Virus record (IMG/VR): IMGVR_UViG_3300025889_000070
Direction: 5' to 3' (one strand)
DNA from: a virus
Taxonomy: Duplodnaviria > Caudoviricetes
Length of the DNA: 64,000 nt
The notes beneath the pieces were generated by a model, which worked only from the letters and a program-made list of their open reading frames with translations, made no database searches and was not told where the DNA came from. The number at the start of each line of letters is the position of its first letter. Within the stretch, counting starts at the first letter, position 1. Of this stretch, positions 1 to 8,200 are shown piece after piece. Position numbers and translations under genes: made by a program.

Positions 1-1
1 A

Positions 2-946
2 GAAACAAAAATTAAAAATCAAGTATACGGGCAAGATGAAACCATAGAAAAAGTAATGGAAAAGGTCTATGTTAGCAAGGCTGGACTTGCTCCCAAAGAT
101 AAACCAGTGGGTGTATTTTTATTCTTGGGACCCACTGGTACCGGTAAAACAGAACTTGCTAAACAACTTAGTAAGAGGCTTACCATGGAACTGCTACGTT
201 ACGATATGAGTGAATATCAAGAACGTCACAGTGTAGCGAGGTTTATTGGTGCGCCTCCAGGATATGTGGGATATGATGACAGTAATCTGGGCGGTGGTTT
301 GCTTATCAGAGACATTGAACGTAATCCAAACAGCGTAATACTTTTTGACGAAATAGAAAAAGCCCATCCTGACGTTACCAATGTTCTCCTACAACTCATG
401 GATGAAGGCTTTATTACTGCTACCAACGGCAAACGTGTAGATTGCCGCAACACCATTGTTATTATGACCAGTAACCTGGGCGCACAAGAAATGGAGCGTG
501 AGCCTATAGGTTTTGGTAGAGAGTCACGTGAAGGCGAGGACGACAAGGCTATGAAGGATTTTTTCAGGCCCGAGTTTCGTAATCGTATTGATGCTGTATG
601 TAAGTTTAATAAACTTGATGAACTTACCAAACGTAAGATTGTTATTAAGTTTGTACAAGAATTTTCAGATCAGTTAACTGAAAAGGGCATAAACCTACAC
701 ATTGATGAACAAAGTGTAGACTACATTCTCAAGCATGGCTTTGATGAAAAAATGGGAGCCAGGCCAGTTGCCAGAACTGTGGATAAACTGCTCAGAGTTC
801 CAGTTAGTAAAGAACTGGTGGTTGACCCAGCTATCAAAGGCTGTAAAATTAAAGTAAGGGTCAATAAAAATGGCCTGCTGCTCAAAATAATAAGGAATAA
901 TAACAATGAGCCTCTATCAATTAAAGAAATTAACGTCAAAGTATAA
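2..946 (+). CDS. clpA: ClpA/ClpB-family AAA+ chaperone, C-terminal (D2) part; 5' end lies outside the window
   Basis: Frame is open from base 2 (ETKIKNQVYGQDETIEKVM). Walker A GPTGTGKT, RYDMSEY, GAPPGYVGY, Walker B ILFDEIEKAH, FRPEFRNRID and MGARP motifs are present. ClpP lies nearby. Confidence 0.85.
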   Translation, partial: ETKIKNQVYGQDETIEKVMEKVYVSKAGLAPKDKPVGVFLFLGPTGTGKTELAKQLSKRLTMELLRYDMSEYQERHSVARFIGAPPGYVGYDDSNLGGGLLIRDIERNPNSVILFDEIEKAHPDVTNVLLQLMDEGFITATNGKRVDCRNTIVIMTSNLGAQEMEREPIGFGRESREGEDDKAMKDFFRPEFRNRIDAVCKFNKLDELTKRKIVIKFVQEFSDQLTEKGINLHIDEQSVDYILKHGFDEKMGARPVARTVDKLLRVPVSKELVVDPAIKGCKIKVRVNKNGLLLKIIRNNNNEPLSIKEINVKV

Positions 947-1538
947 TTTAAAATTTACTAAGAACGATAGAAAATTTTATAAAAAGTATAATTATAAACT
1001 AGGCTATTATATGTTTGGCGAGGGGTTGAGCAGTGAAGAATACCTAGATAAGATAGAGGAACAGCGAGTATATGTTAGTCTGAATAACATGTACTTAAGA
1101 CGTGAACGTAATAGAATAAACGTTTATGCTAGTAGCCTGTCTAGCATTAAAAAATATATTGAAATTAATCCAAACTTTGACTTTGTAGAAATAGGATATT
1201 TTCCTGAAGGCATTCCACACAGTATTAAATTACGCAAGTCTGAACCTGAATACCCCTGGGAAGTTAAACTACGTAGACATGTTAAAAAAGAAACACTTAA
1301 AACATTCTGGGAAACACACCAGAAAACCATGTGGATTAACAGTGACAGTAAGTATGAACTGGATGTAGAAAAACATAAAAGTTATATAAGAAACTGGATA
1401 CCGCCGATACGACCTACAACCTGGGCAGTCACTACATGGCGATTCAATGACCAAGATGTTAAGAACCTGTTTGTATTCACATTCTGTGAATATTTACAAG
1501 AAGAAACCCTGTTTAAAAAAGAGGAAATTCATGAATAA
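906..1538 (+). CDS. hypothetical protein
   Basis: 210-aa ORF tightly packed between neighbours; no motif recognised. Confidence 0.6.
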   Translation: MSLYQLKKLTSKYNLKFTKNDRKFYKKYNYKLGYYMFGEGLSSEEYLDKIEEQRVYVSLNNMYLRRERNRINVYASSLSSIKKYIEINPNFDFVEIGYFPEGIPHSIKLRKSEPEYPWEVKLRRHVKKETLKTFWETHQKTMWINSDSKYELDVEKHKSYIRNWIPPIRPTTWAVTTWRFNDQDVKNLFVFTFCEYLQEETLFKKEEIHE

Positions 1539-1803
1539 TAATCTGTTAAAAACACTGGTAGAGCGTAAACTAGTTACAACTGAAACTGTGGTAAGAGCAA
1601 AAATTCCCACGCAAGGATTTCATAATGCTACGTTTTTGGCTGAAAAAGATGTGCACTGGCACACAGGTATTAGTGCAGAAAATATTTTAAATGTAGAAGG
1701 AATGGATCCTGACAGATTCGCTAAAAGCTATGACATCAAACCTGATGGAACTGTAAAGGTATATAAAAAGCGTGGCAGAAAACCAAAATTAGAAAAGGTA
1801 TAA
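1531..1803 (+). CDS. hypothetical protein (basic C-terminus KKRGRKPK)
   Basis: ATG at 1531 follows GAGG and overlaps the upstream stop; preferred over the track start at 1447. Confidence 0.6.
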   Translation: MNNNLLKTLVERKLVTTETVVRAKIPTQGFHNATFLAEKDVHWHTGISAENILNVEGMDPDRFAKSYDIKPDGTVKVYKKRGRKPKLEKV

Positions 1804-1806
1804 GAT

Positions 1807-2355
1807 ATGTCAGACGAGAACACAGGCAACTTAATGGCAGATAAAGGGATGTATCTAATGATGAGTTCCTTTTCCCCGGAAACTGTTAAACCAATTGTTG
1901 AGTGGATTATAAATGAAAATTTAGAAAAAAAGAAAAAGCCATTTTTAACCCTAATTATTTGTAGTCCAGGTGGAGATGTAAATGCATGTTTTGCTCTTAT
2001 TGATACCATGAAAGGATCCAGCATACCAGTTAAAACAGTTGGTGTTGGCATGATTGCTAGTTGTGGATTACTTACGTTTATCGCCGGAGAAAAGGGCCAC
2101 CGTGTTCTTACACCAAACACAAGTATCCTGTCTCATCAATACAGTTGGGGGTCTCATGGCAAAGAACACGAACTATATGGGGTCGTCAAGGAATTTGAAC
2201 TCACCAGTAAACGTATGGTTAATCACTATAAAAAATGTACTGGGCTCAATGAAAAGCAGATTCGTGAAAAACTACTGCCAGCGACTGATGTATGGCTGGA
2301 TGCACAGGAAGCGAAAAAGTTGGGCATTTGTGACACTATCAAGGAAACTTATTAG
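1807..2355 (+). CDS. clpP: ATP-dependent Clp protease proteolytic subunit
   Basis: ICSPGGDV, catalytic Ser motif GMIASCG, ILSHQ His, DVWLDAQEAKKLGICD. Confidence 0.9.
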   Translation: MSDENTGNLMADKGMYLMMSSFSPETVKPIVEWIINENLEKKKKPFLTLIICSPGGDVNACFALIDTMKGSSIPVKTVGVGMIASCGLLTFIAGEKGHRVLTPNTSILSHQYSWGSHGKEHELYGVVKEFELTSKRMVNHYKKCTGLNEKQIREKLLPATDVWLDAQEAKKLGICDTIKETY

Positions 2356-2363
2356 CATAAATA
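2356..2363 (+). promoter_or_regulatory. T4-like late promoter (CATAAATA)
   Basis: Matches NATAAATA and sits upstream of an AGGAG SD; the motif recurs before other late-type genes. Confidence 0.55.
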
Positions 2364-2384
2364 CTGCTAGTAAGGAGTACAAGC

Positions 2385-2549
2385 ATGGCTAAACTCAACG
2401 AAGAAATGGTTGTTATCAAGATTAGTAAACTTCTTAGAGACAGCGAAACACCTGAGTCTATGTTAGATGATGAAATGACTGCCAGTCTAGAAGCAGTAAT
2501 TCAAGAACTAGCAGGACCAGACAAACTAGTAGAATTGATTAAAGAATAA
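2385..2549 (+). CDS. small hypothetical protein (54 aa, MAKLNEEMVVIK...)
   Basis: Read by hand; AAGGAG SD; stop overlaps the next ATG. Confidence 0.65.
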   Translation: MAKLNEEMVVIKISKLLRDSETPESMLDDEMTASLEAVIQELAGPDKLVELIKE

Positions 2550-2923
2550 TGTCAGCAACAACCACAGTTACACTATTGCCAACAACAACATTTGGTACTG
2601 CAACAGGCAATTATAATGGCAGTGCCAGTTCCTTTAATAGTGACAAGGTTAAGGGAGACGGTTACTATGGTTTTGCTGATGGTGTTCATACTGTGCAAAC
2701 AAGAATCACAAATCTTGTTGCTACAATAAAAATACAAGGCACACTAGCAACAGATCCAACTAGCAGTGACTGGGTAGATATCAGCAGCGTGGTTACTAGT
2801 GATGGAAGCACCACTGTTACAAACAGTTATTTTACAAACTTCACTGGAAACTATACCTGGATTAGAGTTTCTGTAAGTTCCTTTACGGCCGGAACTATTA
2901 ACAGCATTTACCTAGCTCACTAA
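2549..2923 (+). CDS. putative virion structural protein (beta-rich, Thr/Ser/Gly-rich)
   Basis: Composition and position downstream of a late promoter only. Confidence 0.45.
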   Translation: MSATTTVTLLPTTTFGTATGNYNGSASSFNSDKVKGDGYYGFADGVHTVQTRITNLVATIKIQGTLATDPTSSDWVDISSVVTSDGSTTVTNSYFTNFTGNYTWIRVSVSSFTAGTINSIYLAH

Positions 2924-2931
2924 GTAATACT

Positions 2932-4143
2932 ATGATCACCTGGTTATTTGATAACCGTAACCAGTATGGCTACTTGCCTAATCTTATAAAAGACATGACA
3001 CTACAGCCCGGCACTGATGCCTGGCATGATTTATGTATAAAGCAGCCCTACAGTTACGAGTTTAGATTTTTAAAATATTGTATACTGGACAAAGTGCCCT
3101 TCAAATGTGCCATGGCCAACAGTGACATCTATGAAGCACCTGCTTATTATCCAGTAAACCTAAACTTCTTTGACACAAACATTGACTATTTTAGTTTAAT
3201 GGCGCCTGACAGTTTAACAAAACTTAAACAGGGAAGATTTAAGTTTTTGTTTTATTACAGCGAAGGTGATGACATTAGTATAAGTGGCATTGATTACACC
3301 CTAGCAAACTTGATGAATAAACATGGAATAAGTCCTGAAAATGTTGTGTTTATTACAGCAAATGCTAAAATAGACGGCAAATATCCCTACTTCTTTTTTC
3401 CTGACGATGAGCTATACTATAGATTACTACATTTAAGACAAAAGGACTGGGTTAAAACAGTGGGCCTAGGTCCTAGACCCTACAAACTAACATATCTAAA
3501 TCGTGCTGATAAAATATGGAGACGTATACTAGCAAGTAGATTATACCATTTAGGTTGTTTAAAAGATGCACAATTTAGTTATTCAAACTACAAATACCAA
3601 ACTAGTAGTATAGAAGAAGATAAAATAGAGAACTATGACGATGGGTATCTAGATAATCTTGAAAACATTTATGACAGTTTTAGTATGCAAATGCCTTTCA
3701 GTTGTGATGAAATGACCATTGATCAACACAACAATCATAAAATAATACACTTACCACACTTTACTGACAGCTATTGGCAGCTCATAGCAGAAACCCACTT
3801 CAGGCAAGATACTATATTCTTGACAGAAAAGACATTTAAATGTATATTAAACTTACAACCTTTTGTTATTGCTGGTAGTCCTTACAGTTTAAAGTTATTA
3901 AAACATCTTGGTTACAAAACTTTCAAAAATGTAATAAAAGAAACATATGATAACATAGATGACTCAGCAAAAAGAATGCATGAAATTTTAAATGTGGTAT
4001 ATAGTTTAAATAACAGACCTGATGCTGATCATCAACAAATAATGGGTATGTTAAAAGAAACTCTAGAGTATAATCAAAAAACATTTCTTGCCCCCAAAGT
4101 AGGAAGATTACAAGGACTTTTACAGAGATTGGATTACAAATGA
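2932..4143 (+). CDS. glycosyltransferase-like protein
   Basis: C-terminal IAET...FLTEKTFKCILNLQPFVIAG...LGYKTF...ETYD pattern resembles phage GT-B-like glycan-modifying proteins. Confidence 0.4.
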   Translation: MITWLFDNRNQYGYLPNLIKDMTLQPGTDAWHDLCIKQPYSYEFRFLKYCILDKVPFKCAMANSDIYEAPAYYPVNLNFFDTNIDYFSLMAPDSLTKLKQGRFKFLFYYSEGDDISISGIDYTLANLMNKHGISPENVVFITANAKIDGKYPYFFFPDDELYYRLLHLRQKDWVKTVGLGPRPYKLTYLNRADKIWRRILASRLYHLGCLKDAQFSYSNYKYQTSSIEEDKIENYDDGYLDNLENIYDSFSMQMPFSCDEMTIDQHNNHKIIHLPHFTDSYWQLIAETHFRQDTIFLTEKTFKCILNLQPFVIAGSPYSLKLLKHLGYKTFKNVIKETYDNIDDSAKRMHEILNVVYSLNNRPDADHQQIMGMLKETLEYNQKTFLAPKVGRLQGLLQRLDYK

Positions 4144-4811
4144 TACATTTTTGCACACCCTGTTATGGCGGACAAATAAGTGAAGTAACTTTCCAGGGAT
4201 ATTTACGCTGGACTATTTTAGCATGTGATCCTAAGTCTAGAATTCCATTTACAGTTGATACGCTGAGTAACGAAAGTAATATCAATCGAGGCAGAAACAG
4301 TTTAGTAGCAAAGTTTTTAGCTGGGGCTGGTACGCATCTTATGTTTGTTGATGCTGACATTATGTGGTTTCCACAACAAGTTTTAAAACTATTAAGTGCG
4401 GACAAAGACGTTGTAGGTGGCATCTATCCACAAAAAACTATTCCTCCGAAAATGGTTGTAAATACAATAGACAATGGAGGCAAGGAAGGCGACTTACTTG
4501 AAGTAGGTACCATTGGCACTGGATTTCTACTAATTAAACGCACTGTTTTTGAACAAATGATTGAAATGGGTGCTAAAAAATACACTGACGATATCGGACT
4601 AGACGAATTCAACGATTATCAGTATGATTTTTTTAATTGTACAATAGATTCGGAAGGAAGATATTTAACTGAGGACTGGAGTTTTTGTAGGCGCTGGCGG
4701 CAATTAGGCGGCAAGATCTGGGCCGATACTAGTATAGAACTGGGACATGTTGGGTATCACAGATTTATGCCAGACGTACAAAGTTTAAGGAAAGAACATG
4801 GAATCAGTTGA
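4140..4811 (+). CDS. GT-A fold glycosyltransferase-like protein
   Basis: TPCYGG, ESNINRGRN, LMFVDADI (DXD), GTGFLLIKR, LTEDWSFC, LGHVG. Confidence 0.75.
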   Translation: MIHFCTPCYGGQISEVTFQGYLRWTILACDPKSRIPFTVDTLSNESNINRGRNSLVAKFLAGAGTHLMFVDADIMWFPQQVLKLLSADKDVVGGIYPQKTIPPKMVVNTIDNGGKEGDLLEVGTIGTGFLLIKRTVFEQMIEMGAKKYTDDIGLDEFNDYQYDFFNCTIDSEGRYLTEDWSFCRRWRQLGGKIWADTSIELGHVGYHRFMPDVQSLRKEHGIS

Positions 4812-5256
4812 ATTTAAACTAAGTTTATATGGCCATGGATTTGATGATAGATGGCCAAAGTGTAGAGTACTAGTTAACGATACAGAATTTTTCGATGGTG
4901 TTGTTAATGGTGATTTAGACGTAAACTTTACTGTTGATCTAGAAGATGATACTAAAAATAAGCTAATAATCGATTATTATAACAGAGATTTTAAGAAAGA
5001 TGTTGTGCTAGGTTCTGATGGCATGCCAGTCAAATACACTGCTATCTATGTTAATAACTTGGAGGTGGATGGAATAAACCTAGCCCACACACCATATACA
5101 AATTCTTATCAGGAAATATACGAGCCCTGGTATTTAGAACAAAACAGAGATGATTTTCCTAATCCAAGACGCGAAGACATGCAAATAAGCTGGAACGGAC
5201 AATGGATTTTAGAATTTACAAGTCCAATTTATATTTGGTTACTAGAAAACCTATAA
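4798..5256 (+). CDS. hypothetical protein
   Basis: 152-aa ORF overlapping the upstream gene; no motif recognised. Confidence 0.6.
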   Translation: MESVEFKLSLYGHGFDDRWPKCRVLVNDTEFFDGVVNGDLDVNFTVDLEDDTKNKLIIDYYNRDFKKDVVLGSDGMPVKYTAIYVNNLEVDGINLAHTPYTNSYQEIYEPWYLEQNRDDFPNPRREDMQISWNGQWILEFTSPIYIWLLENL

Positions 5257-5258
5257 CA

Positions 5259-5266
5259 AATAAATA
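5259..5266 (+). promoter_or_regulatory. T4-like late promoter (AATAAATA)
   Basis: Immediately upstream of the 1526-aa ORF. Confidence 0.5.
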
Positions 5267-5271
5267 CATGT

Positions 5272-8200
5272 ATGCGTATACATGAAGCAATCCAGCAAGT
5301 TGTAGCTATATATCCTGGCAGATTTCACCCTTTCCACAAAGGTCACGCCAGTGTTTATACCTATCTACGCAATAAATTTGACACTGTCTTTATTGCTACC
5401 AGCGACAAGGTAGACCCCCCTAAAAGTCCTTTTAGTTTTGCTGAAAAGCGACAAATGATGATCGCGGCCGGAGTACCAGCGTCAGCTATTGTCCAAACTA
5501 AAAATCCCTATCAAGCACAGGAAATATTACAAGCCTATGATCCTGCTACAACAGCGGTTGTGTTTGCTGTAAGTGAAAAGGACATGGCTGAAGATCCGCG
5601 GTTTGCTTTTAAACCTAAAAAAGATGGGTCACCCAGTTATTTCCAACCCATGGCACCAAACGCAAAACAGTTACAAACCTTTGACAAGCATGGGTATATT
5701 ACAACCGTTCCCACACTAGACTTTACAGTACTAGGCGAACCCATGCGTAGCGCCACAGAACTACGTAGTAATTTTGCCGCGGCAGATGAAGAAACAAAAA
5801 AGAAAATAATTACTGATCTCTACGGCAAATATGACGACAATGTCTACAAAATTATGAGTACTAAGATCACTGAAGCAGAAGAAGATGATTCGTTTAAATA
5901 CCTGTCAAAAGCAGGCGATCCAGTTTATGGACATTCAGTGTTTGGCGGAAACAAAGGTGTAGCAGTTAAAGCATATAAAAACTTAAATCATATTATTAAC
6001 GATCTTAAAGAACTTGACCTAGAACAAAAATTGGACAAGGAAACAAAACGTAGAATATTACAACAGATAGAAGATATCAAGAACATTATATTAAGAATAC
6101 AAACAGAAAGCCAGATGCTGGAAGATTATGATAGACTGGGCGGTATTATTAAACGTATCTGGACACTAGACTTACAACGCCCTCTCAGTGAAGATGTAAA
6201 AAAGAATGTAATAAAGAATATTAGACTGGCAACAGAGGCATGGAGCGCAAAGTACAAGCGTAGCATAGACTGTGATAATCCACGAGGATTTAGTCAACGT
6301 GCTCACTGCCAAGGTCGTAAGAAAACAGAAAGTTTCCCTGATTTAGATATTGAAGATCTAGAAAAAGAAGAAAAGAGACAAAAAAAATTAAGAAGGCAGC
6401 GTGATTTAGACAAAATCCTTAGAGACATGGAGGGTATACAGCAGCAACTAGATCCTAGAGAATATCCAGGTATAGATGTGGACGTCTATAGACAAAGAAG
6501 GAAAAAATTCCGGAAGGACAATAAACCTTATTTGATCACTGGTTTGGATCAAGAAGAATTAGATGAAGGCGACTTAATACCCTTTCCAGATGATACAATA
6601 GTAATTGATAACGAAAGCGATCAGGACTGGTACGAACTTGGCAAAGACATTAGTGACCTTAGTAAGGCGAACAAACGGCACTATGGACATGCTAATTCAG
6701 ATACTATTATGAGTTTTATGGGTCCTGAAGAAATGAAGTTTGTTAGAGATAGAATTTCCAAGTTTACCGGCCTAAAAAATGCTATTACAAAACATACTCC
6801 TTACTATGAACTTACAAGGGAACAACAGGAAAGTTTATTAGGGAAAGTAAAAGATCTTACAGAGACAATTCGTAATATCCACAGTAAGTTAGCGGAAGGA
6901 TTTTCTCAACCACGATTTGATGTAGAATGGGAAGAAGCAAATCGTTATCCAGAGTTTCGAAAGATTGGCAAAGAAGCATGGATTGAACTTGCTAAAACTG
7001 GTCGGGCAGTAACCATTACAGATGCAAGTGATATTGAGAATACAGATGCAGCAGACCCAGATAGTTTCAAATCATTAGATCCAAACAAACAAAAACGTGC
7101 TCTGGCACAACTGGAAAAAGACAACGTTGAGATGCCAATCGTTGCTGTATATAGCGATGGCTACAAAGAACTAATTGGCGGCAATACAAGACTTACTGCT
7201 ATGATGGCTAAAAATGGTCAGGCAACTATATGGCAGTTTGAGGTTCCGGATTCTGTTGCAGAACTAGCGCAAGGTGTGGCGGAGTCAATTCGTAAGACTG
7301 GTAGTCAGTATACTGTTTACAGTAAAAAGGGTAAGCGCATGGGCACTTATCCCAGTAAAAAGCAGGCTAAGAAAAGACTACAGCAGATTGAATATTTTAA
7401 GCATGTTGGCGAGAGTAAGGACAACAATACAAGTCAAGGTTTTTTAGATAAAATTAAAATTGTAATTGACAAATTCATAGACAACAAAAACAGTGGAAAC
7501 ATGGATAGACTCGCCATGGATAAAAAAGAGCTTAACCAGGCAATTACCGCAGCAGCAAACAAGTATGGCGTGGATCCTGAAATTGCTATTAAAGTAGCAC
7601 AAGCAGAAGGTGGCACAATTTATCAAAGTAATATTATAAAAGGAAACAAACGAGAACGCAGTTACGGACCATTCCAACTTTACAAAGATGGTGGACTTGG
7701 CAATGAATATGAAAAAGAATATAATACTGATTTAAGTAAAGAAAATAGTCCTGAACTAATAAAAAGACAAATCGATTTTGCAATGAGAAAAGCAAAAGAG
7801 TTAGGCTGGAAACCCTGGTACGGCGCCGCTCGTGTAGGCATCGGAGATCGAGAAGGATTAGATACTCAAAAAATTTCAATAGGCGTTAATACTGCTCAAG
7901 CAGCCCAACCACCTAAGACAGATGTTACAGATTTTGAAAAAGCACTTCAAAGAGTGCAAAGTAAATTAAAAGAAGACGTTGCCAAAGACGTCAAAGATTT
8001 AGAAGCAGAGTTTCCCGGATTATACTTAGACTTATATAAAACAAAAGCAGGTTACATACTTGGCAAAATAGAACTACCTAAACAAGAACGTGGTTCGGGC
8101 ATTGGTACACGAGTTATGCAACGAATCGTTGACATAGCAGACAGTGAAGGTGAAGTTGTTGCACTAACGCCCGATACAGCATTTGGTGCTAGCAGTAAAG

